A stretch of 64,000 nt of DNA from the NCBI GenBank assembly GCA_013416795.1, contig RQSC01000808.1, positions 1,638 to 65,637 on the forward strand, read 5' to 3'. The position numbers and the translations under genes are program-made. The notes beneath the pieces are model-generated. The model was not told the DNA's origin. It did not search any database and saw only the letters and a list, made by a program, of their open reading frames with translations. Shown here in pieces: positions 42,535-54,666 of this stretch. The stretch's first letter is position 1. Every line of letters begins with the position of its first letter. This DNA comes from Prasinococcaceae sp. CCMP 1430. Its lineage: Eukaryota > Plantae > Prasinodermophyta.

Positions 42535-42594
42535 GTATGTATGCTTCTTGTTGTAATTTAGCTATTAATGCTGCGCTGGCTCACGGCGTCGGGT

Positions 42595-43582
42595 TCATCC
42601 CATCTGCGCCTCCCTGCGCATGACGTCCTCGTCAAACTTGACGAGGAAGACTGTCCGCGGCTTCGCCTGACCCTCCACGGGCACGGAGTGCGCGGTCACA
42701 CGCGCACCTTTGAGGACACGCGCATGCGGAGGCGCGGGCGCACACGCGCGTGGCCCTGCGTCAGCTTCTGGAAGAGGAGGCGCGCGCCGGACGCGGCGTT
42801 GCGGAGCACGGAGGATCACTGTGGCCCGTGGCGGTACCGTGGGTGCTCCAGCACGCGAGGGCGGGCGCCACTGCGAACGCGCGAGCGTGGGCGCGAGGAC
42901 TCACCAAACCCTGCGCACGCAAGCGCCCCGCGCACGATTCCGGCCGAGAAAGCTGCGCAGGAGAGTTGGCCCATGTCGCGCGGCACCGAGATGAGCCTGT
43001 CCATTGCGTGGTCCTCGTCCACGAGCATGTACTCATCCGCGGCGTTGTCGCCCTTCTCGAGCGCGTCGGCCGCGCGCCCGAAGAGCGTGCGCCACACCCC
43101 GCCCTGCACAAAGGCTACGCGCGGAGGGCCAGGTGCGGAAGTCAGAGCGCGCCCAGTGTGGCGCGATGCGGCAGGCGCGAGCGAGCGCTGGACACCGCGG
43201 GCACACACGAGCGCAGATGGGACAACGACTGCCGCAGGTGACCCTCGCACGCAGGTTTGCGCGCTGAGCGCGCGAGCGAGCGCGCTTACCCAGCGCCCCT
43301 AGCAGCCTAATTTCCCTCCTCCCCGGCCGCTGCCTCGCTGCGACGAGCTCCATCGCGCGTGTGCCGACATCCGCGCCCGCATCCGCAAGGCGCGCCTCGA
43401 GCTCATCGCCTGTGGCTGCAGCGTCGCGTGCGCGCTGCACGACCTCCGAGAAGAGCAGCGCCAGCGCCGATGAGGTGGCTCGCTGCGGCAGCGGGAGATT
43501 GAGCGCTGGCCCTGCCGCCGCCGCCGCCGCGCGTGTTCCGCCGGCCCCCACCGCCGAGGGCGTCCCGCCCGCCGCCGCCCCG
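42595..43582 (-). CDS. TRAPPC5: TRAPP complex subunit 5 (Trs31, Bet3 family); exons from the gap to 43290, 43114-42905 and 42707-42595; N-terminus in the gap
   Basis: SALALLFSEVVQ, LEARLADAGADVGTR, VWRTLFGRAADALEK, DEYML, RLISVPRDMGQLSCAAFSAGIVRGAL, ARVTAH, TVFLVKFDEDVMRRE. Two phase-1 GT-AG introns keep the frame. Confidence 0.9.
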
Positions 43583-43670
43583 NNNNNNNNNNNNNNNNNN
43601 NNNNNNNNNNNNNNNNNNNNNNNNNNNNNNNNNNNNNNNNNNNNNNNNNNNNNNNNNNNNNNNNNNNNNN
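43583..43670. other. Assembly gap (88 N)
   Basis: Run of N. Confidence 1.
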
Positions 43671-43689
43671 AGCGGCTCCCTGCCGCTGA

Positions 43690-44696
<1,007 letters not shown>

Positions 44697-45501
44697 NNNN
44701 NNNNNNNNNNNNNNNNNNNNNNNNNNNNNNNNNNNNNNNNNNNNNNNNNNNNNNNNNNNNNNNNNNNNNNNNNNNNNNNNNNNNNNNNNNNNNNNNNNNN
44801 NNNNNNNNNNNNNNNNNNNNNNNNNNNNNNNNNNNNNNNNNNNNNNNNNNNNNNNNNNNNNNNNNNNNNNNNNNNNNNNNNNNNNNNNNNNNNNNNNNNN
44901 NNNNNNNNNNNNNNNNNNNNNNNNNNNNNNNNNNNNNNNNNNNNNNNNNNNNNNNNNNNNNNNNNNNNNNNNNNNNNNNNNNNNNNNNNNNNNNNNNNNN
45001 NNNNNNNNNNNNNNNNNNNNNNNNNNNNNNNNNNNNNNNNNNNNNNNNNNNNNNNNNNNNNNNNNNNNNNNNNNNNNNNNNNNNNNNNNNNNNNNNNNNN
45101 NNNNNNNNNNNNNNNNNNNNNNNNNNNNNNNNNNNNNNNNNNNNNNNNNNNNNNNNNNNNNNNNNNNNNNNNNNNNNNNNNNNNNNNNNNNNNNNNNNNN
45201 NNNNNNNNNNNNNNNNNNNNNNNNNNNNNNNNNNNNNNNNNNNNNNNNNNNNNNNNNNNNNNNNNNNNNNNNNNNNNNNNNNNNNNNNNNNNNNNNNNNN
45301 NNNNNNNNNNNNNNNNNNNNNNNNNNNNNNNNNNNNNNNNNNNNNNNNNNNNNNNNNNNNNNNNNNNNNNNNNNNNNNNNNNNNNNNNNNNNNNNNNNNN
45401 NNNNNNNNNNNNNNNNNNNNNNNNNNNNNNNNNNNNNNNNNNNNNNNNNNNNNNNNNNNNNNNNNNNNNNNNNNNNNNNNNNNNNNNNNNNNNNNNNNNN
45501 N
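44697..45501. other. Assembly gap (805 N)
   Basis: Run of N. Confidence 1.
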
Positions 45502-47347
45502 GGCGACGCCGACCGCCTCGAGGCGGCCGCGGGGGAGCTCAGGCGGCTCAGCGTCGCGCGCGGCACGGCAGACCACGGCCCCAACCACGCCGCCCCTGAA
45601 TCCACGAAGGAGCGAGTTCTTGCGTCTGCACTGCTTCCCGATGTGCTGTGGCAGCGCGTGCTGGGGGAGGCTGGCGCTCGAGCGTGCTGTGCGGCAGCGC
45701 GCTCGTGCACCGACCTGCGGCGCGCGGCATGCGCGCGTGGCGTATGGGACGCGCTTGCGCGCGGCGTCTTCGGCGACGCTCGCGACACATTTGCAAATGG
45801 AGGTGCACACAGCGCCGCCGCTGCGCGGCGGCACGCGCAAGCGAGGCGGCGCTCCGAAGAGGATGTGACCACCCCGGAGCTGCGTCGCGCCGTGCGCCGC
45901 TCCGAATTGCGTGCGGCGGCGTGGGAGGGCCTCACGAGCGGCCGGCATACCGACGAGGCGCGCTGGAGCGACGTGGGTGGCCTGAGTGCCTCTACGCTCT
46001 GGCAGGACGGAACCGTTGGGCTCGCGGCCGAGGGCAGGCAGCTTCGGCTCTTCGAGGTGTGTGCGCGCGCGGACTCGCGCGCGCACATGGATGCACTCAG
46101 GCGTGTGGGCGCGCATGCTTCGCGTGCGCGTTGGAAGACCAGGCGCGTCCTGACCGCGCGGCGCAACCCTCTCTCGTGACGAAGGTGTCCTCAGGGCGCC
46201 GACTCTCCACTTGGCAGCAGCGCTCGGGCGCGCCGCTGAGTTGTGTAAGCGTCACCGGAGGCGTTTGCGCTGTCGGCGACGCATCGGGCGGCGCTCTCGT
46301 GCTCGACCTCGAAATTTCGCCGCTGGAGCCCATAGCTGGCGCGCAGCAGGCGGGCTGCCTCGCGGCAAAGACTACGTGCGTGTGCGACATCGAGTGCCTC
46401 GGCGCTGGGCGAGGCGTGCTGGCTGCCTTGCGTGGAGGGGATCTCGTCCATTGGCGGCCGCATGACTTTGTGCACGAGGCTTTCGGTGATGGCGCGCACT
46501 CGGACTCGCGTGCGTGCAGCCCCGCCGCGGTGTGCTGCGTGGGCTCGACACGCGCGGAACTCGCAAATGAGGCAATGCACTGGACATGCGCTGGCGTCGG
46601 GTTATGGGACGTGCGCACCGGCATGCAGGTGTGGCAGAGCACGGTACGTGCGCGCGCGCGCATGCACGCGCGCACGCGCGCAAACGGTCACGCATGCCGC
46701 GTAACACTCGCTTGTAGCATTGCGCGGGTGGGCGCTGACGCCCGCACACATCGCCGTGTTGCCTCGCACAGGGCACCATCGGCTCGGCACACTCGGCTCT
46801 GGCGGACATGTTCGAGTCGCGCGATCGCGCCGCGTCCGAGCTGGCGGCTGCCGCGCACGGTGGCAATCAGCACACCGCCGCTGTCGACGCAGCATCCTGC
46901 ACGCACCTGCTCGCTCAACTGAACGAGAATACTTGCGCCGCGGCATGTGCGGGCGGCTTTAGCCTGTGGGATGCGCGCGTGGGCTGCGTAGCTCACGCTG
47001 CGCCATTGGCTGGCACGCTCGCTCACGCTGCTCGTGTCCGCGCACCACGCTGGGTGGAGACGAATGCGCATCACTTGGTGTTGGTGCAGGCGGAGGGCGG
47101 TGCGGCGGTGGGCGTGGATGTGCGGGCGCTGCCCTCGGGCCGCGCGGCAACAGCAGCGCTCACTCTGCGCCCGCGCGCCACCGAGGGCGATGGCAGCTGC
47201 GCAGTGGGCGCTCGCGGTGGGCGCGTGCCGCTCGACGCGGCCTCGCTGACCTGCGTGCGTGTCAGCAGAGACTCGTGCACGGGCGGGGAGGTGGTGCTTG
47301 CGGGCATGGGTCCGCGGCATCCTCTGTTGCGATTACACCTCCCGTGA
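45502..47347 (+). CDS. F-box-like plus degenerate WD40-like protein; exons from the gap to 46056, 46185-46643 and 46772-47347
   Basis: LLPDVLWQRVL...AARSCTDLRRAAC..GVW F-box-like segment, GVGLWDVRTG and FSLWDARVG WD-like ends. Two phase-0 introns link three separate ORF-track frames. Confidence 0.55.
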
Positions 47348-47478
47348 GCGCGTGGTAGCCTGTGTACATCTACAAATTCGTTTGGTACGCTTACATGACA
47401 GGGTGTCGTCCACAGACTTGCGCTTGCATCGAGTGCGCCGCTTGGATGACCCCGCGCCCCGCGGCCACGCCCCGATGC

Positions 47479-50097
47479 TCAGTACGGCAACGACGCCAAG
47501 TACATCGGCGATTGGGGGCGCTCGTCGGCGCTCACATCACCTGCAAGGGCATCGCCTGCGAGCGCGGGGTCCATCTCGTAGTCGTCGGGTCCCTGCTGGG
47601 ACAGTTGCCTCGGCGCCGCGGCGAGGTCTTGCGACTCGTCCGGCTGCGGGTGGCTGAGCTGTCTGGTGTGTGTGTGCTCGTCGAACTGGGCCCCGAGGCG
47701 CGCTCGGGCCCGCGCGACGCGATGCTTGACGAGCCACTGCCCCAGCCGGCTTCTCTTCGATGCGCGTTTGCTCCATAGCCGCGGGGTGCCCTGGACGGCC
47801 TTGTTGTTGAGCGCCCCCCACATCTGAAACAGCGTGAAGCGCACGTGCGTCCGCAGGAAGTGCCGCAAGCGCCGGCGAGCATCGCCCCCGCTCGCAGACG
47901 GCCGCACGATCTCGGACGTGATTTCGTCCACGCCAGCTCCGGCTGCGGCGAAGTCGGGATTTGTTTCCGCATCGCTTTGCTCGCACTCATCCCCCTCAGT
48001 TGCATCCCAGTGACGATTGAGGACGGTGGTTGTGGCATCGCCTTCGACCTTGCGCGGAGATGTGCTGAGGTCGGCGGTGGCCTGCTCATTGATATGCTGC
48101 TGAGCCTCGAAGAACATGTGAGGCACATCACCGAAGTCGGCCGAGAGGTCGCTCAAGACAGCGCCCACGATTTCTCCCTGCGACGAAGGCTCAAACAAGC
48201 AGTCAAACATTCCGACATCCTGGGAGCTCAGCACGGGCATGGCGCCAGGGGAGGTCGGGGCACCACACGTGTCCTCCGTGCCGAATCCAGGCAGCGGCTC
48301 GTCAGCGCTGAGCTCGTGTATCTGCGAAAGGCCCTCGAGGGGAGCACCGCTGGCGCCAATGTTGTCCTGCGATGCAGGGAACTCGTACGCCGGGTCCAGA
48401 ACGGGCACCTCTTCGACGCCTACGCTGAGACCGCTTCGGAGCAGATCGATGCGCTTGCAGAGCCGCAGCATGCCCGCCGTTGTCTTCGCCGCGCTTCCCC
48501 TCCCGTCGAAGGGGTCGACGTCGAGTAGGCTCCAGCCCGGATGAAGTGGCTTCAGCCAGGCTTTGTACGCCTCCTCCGTGAGCCTGTTGAACTCGTCGCC
48601 CTCCGCCGTGCCATCGGCAATCTTCCAAATCTCGGTGATGATCGGGGACTTCCAGGGCGACTTGTCCGCCCTCTTTTTGCCCTTGGTCTCCCCGGGCTTG
48701 ACCATCGCGAAGGGGAACTGTCGGTCGTCAAACATGAGCACGGCCAGCGGCATGGCCTTGGTATCATTGGCCGGGTCGACACCCTCCGGCCAGCGGGCGT
48801 AGCATCGCGGTTTGCTCCGCTCCATGACGTACGCGGTGCACTGCGCTAAGATCTTCTCGAAGGAGCACGAGTCGACGCCCGACGCCAAGCACACGCCACT
48901 CGCACCCTCGGGGTGTACCTTGACGGCGCGAAGAAACTCTGCGACGGTCGCAACCTCACCCTCATCCGTGCCTCCGCCCACGTTCGCAGCACTCTCGCCG
49001 CCTTCTGCGGCGGCCAGCGTTTCGCGCACCGCCGTAGTAAGCATGCGCGCGCGCGCTTTCTCCACATTGTTCGCCTGCAGCAGGGAGTCGGTGAGCAACA
49101 ACTTCTTCGGCTTCTGGAATTCTTCCGAGCGTCTCATCTTGACGTCGAAGTCCGTGCTCGAGCGCGCCCCCATGATGCCGTGGTTCGGCTTGCCCCGGCG
49201 AGGCCCGTCGCCGTGCAGCACGCGCACGCCGAGGCGGAACCTGCTCGTTTCTCCCCGCGAGTGCGAAGTGATGTGCATGGTCAACGGAAGCGTGGCGATA
49301 GACTCGCCCTTTTTGAGCACCGTGATGTTGTCCTTGATCACGTCGTTCTTGTACACGTGTGCGTCGAACGTCTCCCCGTCATAGACGTCGCTGACGAAGT
49401 CTGGCTCCAGCACGCACGCCTCGAGCACCAAGTCGTGCGGCGCGGGGCACTGGCGCCCCTGCGAGTCGCATAGGATCACCTGCAGCGGCGAGTTGCACGG
49501 CGCGTGCAGCAGCGCGCCTGTGAAGGGCTCCTCTTTGTCGCCGAACGTGTGCTTCGCGATGAAGTAAGCGCTCCGGAAGTGGCGGCACGCGCGGTCGGTC
49601 ACCTGCGCACAGAAACCGCAGTCCGGGCGCTCGCAGAACGGGTAGCGCTTGATACACGTGTGCGAGAACTGAAGGCGCAGGTCGCCGTACGTGTGCGCTG
49701 CCTCCATGTCCGAGTTCACTGCGAGCTCTCTGTGGTCCAGCTGCGCCGCGGCGCGCGCCCTGAGCGCCTTGTCGACCTTGAGCGACGCCAGGAAGCCGCG
49801 GCAGCGCCAGATCGTATACAGCTCCAGGTACGAGGCCGACATGTTTTGCATCAAATCAGTGACCTCCTTCGACTTCCACGCCTGAGGCGCCCAGCCGTCC
49901 TTCATGGGCTCCGAGCCAGGCACTACCAACGCGGACGGCACGGCGGGGGTAGCCGGCCCACGCTTCTTCGCCCTCCTGCCCGCCGCGGGCGCCGCCGCGG
50001 GCCGCTTCGGCGGGCGCCCGCTCGTTCCTTCGCCGCCGGAGCAGCGCAGGGCGGCTTCCGCAGCGGTCTCCGCGCGCGTGGCAGGGCGGCCTCCCAT
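47479..50097 (-). CDS. CBP60/SARD1-like transcription factor (calmodulin-binding protein 60 family N-terminal domain) with long acidic C-terminal tail
   Basis: Collinear matches to recalled CBP60 blocks: LRLQF, PFTG, LQVILCD, VLEPDF, ETFDAHVYK, VLKKG, SRFRLGVRV, ARSSTDFDVK, RSEEFQK, TVAEFLR. ATG 50097 is the first plausible start. Confidence 0.72.
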   Translation of the reverse strand: MGGRPATRAETAAEAALRCSGGEGTSGRPPKRPAAAPAAGRRAKKRGPATPAVPSALVVPGSEPMKDGWAPQAWKSKEVTDLMQNMSASYLELYTIWRCRGFLASLKVDKALRARAAAQLDHRELAVNSDMEAAHTYGDLRLQFSHTCIKRYPFCERPDCGFCAQVTDRACRHFRSAYFIAKHTFGDKEEPFTGALLHAPCNSPLQVILCDSQGRQCPAPHDLVLEACVLEPDFVSDVYDGETFDAHVYKNDVIKDNITVLKKGESIATLPLTMHITSHSRGETSRFRLGVRVLHGDGPRRGKPNHGIMGARSSTDFDVKMRRSEEFQKPKKLLLTDSLLQANNVEKARARMLTTAVRETLAAAEGGESAANVGGGTDEGEVATVAEFLRAVKVHPEGASGVCLASGVDSCSFEKILAQCTAYVMERSKPRCYARWPEGVDPANDTKAMPLAVLMFDDRQFPFAMVKPGETKGKKRADKSPWKSPIITEIWKIADGTAEGDEFNRLTEEAYKAWLKPLHPGWSLLDVDPFDGRGSAAKTTAGMLRLCKRIDLLRSGLSVGVEEVPVLDPAYEFPASQDNIGASGAPLEGLSQIHELSADEPLPGFGTEDTCGAPTSPGAMPVLSSQDVGMFDCLFEPSSQGEIVGAVLSDLSADFGDVPHMFFEAQQHINEQATADLSTSPRKVEGDATTTVLNRHWDATEGDECEQSDAETNPDFAAAGAGVDEITSEIVRPSASGGDARRRLRHFLRTHVRFTLFQMWGALNNKAVQGTPRLWSKRASKRSRLGQWLVKHRVARARARLGAQFDEHTHTRQLSHPQPDESQDLAAAPRQLSQQGPDDYEMDPALAGDALAGDVSADERPQSPMYLASLPY

Positions 50098-50932
50098 CGT
50101 ACAAGGCCGCTCGCGCGCTTCGAGAGCCCGTGGCGACCCTGCCCGCACGCCCCCCCCCCTGGCCGCCGCCGGCCTGCGCCGCCCTGTAGGCGCGGCCCGA
50201 CGACTGTCGCCGGCGCCTTTCCCAGCGCACACACACGCACACACGCGCGCACACACACGCGCACGAGCGTGCGTTCTGATGGCGCCCCGCCGGCGCCGCG
50301 CCGCGCGTGCGTTCTGATGGGCGCTCAAACGCCTCCGCGCGATCGCGCGCCCCCGCGCCCCGCGCGCCAAAACCCCCGAAAAACACCCGAAAAAGCGCGA
50401 CGGGCCTCGCAATCGGAGGGGCGCCTCCCCGCACGGGAGACACGTGAAACGACCCGAGAAATGCGCGACGCCACCAACCGACGGCCGGCCGGCTTGTCCG
50501 TCCGGAGTTAGGGGTTTTATTGAGGTGTAGACAATAGGGTTCGATACCCCTTCAAACACCTCATCAATTCTCATCATGGCGTGTCCGTTCGCGAGCGACA
50601 ACGCAGCGTTACGAGGGACGTCAACATTACCCACGGGCGCTACCATCGGCGTCGGCCGTGATGTGATGGTGATCGAAAGCCTGCCGCCGGCGGTAGGGTT
50701 TGGCAGGCAGCCGGCCTGCACCTGAAGCCCTCGCCTGCGTGCGCGCGCGCGCGGCGCGGCGCGCGTGGATTCCGCCTCATTTTAGTGTACTATGAATATG
50801 AGGTTCCTAAATTCTTGAGAATTTTGAAGTATCCAGAAGGAATCCATTGCCGTTGCGGGACGGGCGAAAAGCGCGCGGGCGCGGGCGGGCTGGCGCGGGC
50901 GCCACAGGGCTCGGGTGCGCGGCGGGGCGGCC

Positions 50933-50978
50933 NNNNNNNNNNNNNNNNNNNNNNNNNNNNNNNNNNNNNNNNNNNNNN
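50933..50978. other. Assembly gap (46 N)
   Basis: Run of N. Confidence 1.
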
Positions 50979-52201
50979 CCGGGCCGCGAGCAGCGCCGCG
51001 GCGTGCGCGGCCGGTGGCGGCGGTGGCGGCGGTGGGAGGCGAGGCAGAGCCGTGGAGCGTCGCAGGTAGGTGGTGCGTTGTGACGGGGGCAAACACGGGC
51101 ATCGGCAAAGAGGTGGCGCGTGGGTTGGTTCGTGAGGGCGCCAAAGTGGTCCTCGCGTGCCGCGATGCCGACAAGGCCGCAGCGGCTGCAGCGGAGCTCG
51201 CGGCGATGCCCGGTGCCGACGAAGTCGAGACCGCCGTGCTCGACGTCGCGTCCCCAGCAAGCGTGCGCGCCTTCGCGAAGAGCTTTCGATCCTCGGGTCG
51301 TGAGCTGCTCTTGCTCGTCAACAACGCGGGCATCATGGGGCAGCTGCCGGAGCTGAGCATGCCTTTCGCGAAGAACACGTTCCCCTACCATTTTGATGCC
51401 GAGGCGTACGAGCGCATGCGCGAGTACGACCCGGCGCTGTGCACCAACTATCTCGGGCCGTTTCTGCTCACGTACGAGCTGTTGCTGTCGCCGGGGGCGG
51501 CGGAGTATTGTCACCCCCGGGCGCGCGTGGTCAACGTCGCGAGCGACGCGCACTACCGCGGCGAGGTGCGCTTTGAGGGCGGAAGGCTCGTCACGACGCA
51601 GCAGTGGTCGGGGCAGCTGGGCAAGTTCAAGGACGACTGGTACGCGGCGTACGCGCGCTCGAAACTGTGTCAGATGCTCTCGACCGTCGTCTTCAACCAA
51701 AAGATGGTCGAGGCCGGGCGGAGCTGCTGCGCGCTCGCCGTGTCGCCCGGTCGCACCAGGACAGAGCTTATGCGCCACGTCGACGACCATCGCTCCGGCA
51801 TTCTCGGCGCGCTCGCGCCGTTTGCCAAGAGCTTCCAGCCGGTGGAGAAGGGCGCCGAGACGGTCGTCTGGGCGTGCGTTGGAGCCGAGCTCTGCGCGGA
51901 TGGCCCGGAGATGACCCACTACCTCGAAAACATGGACGAGGGCTGGGCGGCTGAGGAGGCTGGCGACCTCGAGGTCGGCCAGAAGCTGTGGGACTGGTCG
52001 TGCAAGCTGATGGGCATCAATTTCGAATTCGCGGCGACCGAAAGCGGCGATGCCGGGCTGCGCGACCCGCGCACGGGCCTCTTTTTCGACCCCAGCGCAC
52101 CGCGCGGCGAGGCGGCCGCCGCGGAGTACGTACCCATCGACTGGGCGGCGATGAATGACGACTCCCAAGAAGACGGCGTCATCGACGCGAGCGTGCGGTA
52201 G
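50979..52201 (+). CDS. Short-chain dehydrogenase/reductase, retinol dehydrogenase/WWOX-like; start in the gap
   Basis: VTGANTGIG, LACRD, LDVAS, LVNNAGIM, TNYLGPFLLT, VVNVASDAH and catalytic YARSK. Confidence 0.9.
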
Positions 52202-52372
52202 CAGCGCATCGGCGCCCTCCTCTGCCCGCCCCCGGTAATTATTTTCTGCGGCTGCGTTACAGCGTGCGTTGCTCACCGCCGTGCGGGGCGCGTTCAGTCG
52301 TCGCACGCGCCACGATTCTCCGGTGAGTGACTCACGGTACGACTGCGCTCCAACTCACGCACGACGTGCTGC

Positions 52373-53408
52373 TCACGCCAGCATCTTGCCGTAAGAATCG
52401 CGCAGCTTGCCATTGGTGGCCAGCACCCTCCGCGCCATGAGGTCGAAGTCTCCGCCGTCAATGTCCGACACGGCGCCGCCGGCCTCCTCGACGACCACCG
52501 CGGCGGCCGCGCAGTCCCACGGGCCGCCGAAGCCGTCCTCGTAAAAGGCATCGAGGCGGCCGCACGCGACACCCACCATGTTCATCGCGCACGAGCCAGA
52601 GCAGCGCAGGGAGCGCGAGCTCTCGCACACGGCGCGCACGCGGCGCATGATGTTGTCCATCGTCGCGACGTCGCGACTCGTCCCGATCTCGGTGGCCACC
52701 AGGGCTTTCTTTGGCGTGTCGGTCGACGACACAGAGATGCGCTCGCCGTTCAGAAAGGCGCCCTGGCCGCGCTGCGCGTGGAACGTCTCCTGTAGCAATC
52801 GACGCCGCGCGCGCGCGTAGAGGCACGGGTTAGCGCTCTTGCGCGCCCGCGCGCTTCGCGGTGGGATGTGTCCCTGAGGGATCGTCGCTCGCGATGCGCG
52901 GCTCCCTCACCTTCAGGATGGGGTTGTGCACCACGCCGACCACCGCCTTCTTGTCCACCGCGAGCCCAACGCACACGCACGAGAACGGGAAGCGGTGGAC
53001 GAAGTTGGTGGTGCCATCGAGCGGATCGACCATCCACGTGGGCGCGTCGGTCAGCTCGGGGGTGCCGCCCGTAGCGGACTCCTCCTCTCCGATGAAGCAG
53101 TGCGAGGGGAACTCGGCGCGCAGGCGCCCCAGGATGAGCTCCTCGCAAGCTTTGTCCGTTTCCGTGACGAGGTCCACATCGCCCTTGTGCTCAACATTGC
53201 GCTCGCCTTCCCAGCCCTTGGCGATGAGCTCGCCGGCGGCCGTGGCCACCTCGAGGGCAACTGAGAGGCATTTCGCGAGCTCGTCGTCACTGAGCGTCGC
53301 CGTGCCGCCCGCCATCGCCTCTGCCGCGACACAGTGCCGCCGTCCTCCGTGGCCGCTGCCGCTGCGAAAGGCCGAGCTTGCCGCTGCCGCCGCCGCGCGG
53401 CACGCCAT
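52373..53408 (-). CDS. VTC4: Inositol monophosphatase / L-galactose-1-phosphate phosphatase (VTC4-like); exons 53408-52911 and 52789-52373
   Basis: DLVTETDKACE, FIGEE, WMVDPLDGTTNFVHRFP, RSLRCSGSCAMNM, YEDGFGGPWDCAAA, VEEAGG. Phase-0 intron 52910-52790. Confidence 0.88.
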
Positions 53409-54666
53409 CCTTGTTCGGTGAGGCGGTGCGCGCGCCGGGCTGCGCCGAGTGGCGCGAGTGGTCGTTCGTGATCGACCGATACGGCGATCACGGAGCGCTC
53501 TGTCTGGGGCAGACCACTCCCCCCGGGCACGTCCCCTCCGCTCTCGTGCCCGCAGTCACCGCGCTGGCCCCAAACCGTAATTCGTGAGGCCGCCAGCGCG
53601 CGGCGCGCTGTGGCGCACCCACGAATTAGGGTAAATTCACGTCCTTAGAGGGTCCACAAGAAGGCCGCAAACACATGCGCTCTGATGGGGCGCCCGCCGC
53701 GCTCCGCGCGCGGCTCCGCGCCGCGCGGGTTGAGGTTCCGCGGCCGTCGCGATTTCACCGGGCAGATATTTGCGCTCTTTTCAGCACCTGCAGAGGTCAG
53801 CTCGGGTGCTCGTGCAACGATACCAATATCGATGGTTCAGCCGCAGCCGCGACGGGCGCGCATTACACAGTAAGCCATCGCCGGCCCGTGCCGAGGGGGG
53901 CCACAGCGCACGCGCGCGGGACTGCGCGCCCGGGCGCCCGCCGCGCCGCTGCTCTGCGCCTGCGCGACCAGCTTGTAGTCGGCCGCCGGCTGCAGGGCCG
54001 GCGAGACGTCGCTGGCCACCAGCTTGGCCTGCTGCGACCACGACGTCCCGTCGCGCAAGAACCGGAGGCGCGGGCGGGCGCGCACCTTCACTCACCCACG
54101 ACCCGACGCGCCGGCACGCACGCCCGGCGCTGTGGCGGGGGCACATGCGCGCGCGCGTGCACCCCCACGCACGGCGGCCCCAACAGCCTCGTGCACGCTC
54201 GTGCGGATCGCGTTAGGGCTACCGCGTACAGTATGGGTTCGGTTTCGGGCCAGGGTCCGGATTTAGGGGTACTGTGTCTAGCTAGAGGCGCTCTGCCGCC
54301 AAGACGAGTGCCGCAGCAGCGAGCGCGTCGCACCACTTGGGCACCGCGCATGGCAACCTCGCGAAGAAGACCTACGCGGCTGCGCGGCAGCATTGAGCTG
54401 AGCTCGCTCCTGGCACTCCCGTTGGCCGGCCGCGCAAGCCATGCTCTCCTACGATCGCATGCATATCTTCATGGACTCGCACGCGCGCTCCACACATGAG
54501 AAAGGCAATCGCTGTGGGATTTACACCTCGCGTCAAAGAGGGCCCTCATCCGCACGTCTGCGACCGGGCGGCCCCGCTGGCACGTGCCCACCGGCGACGG
54601 CGCGAGGACGACGTTTGTCGCGCCCGATCGCTCAATGTAAGGGCCAAGCAGACCCATGCGGGCGAA

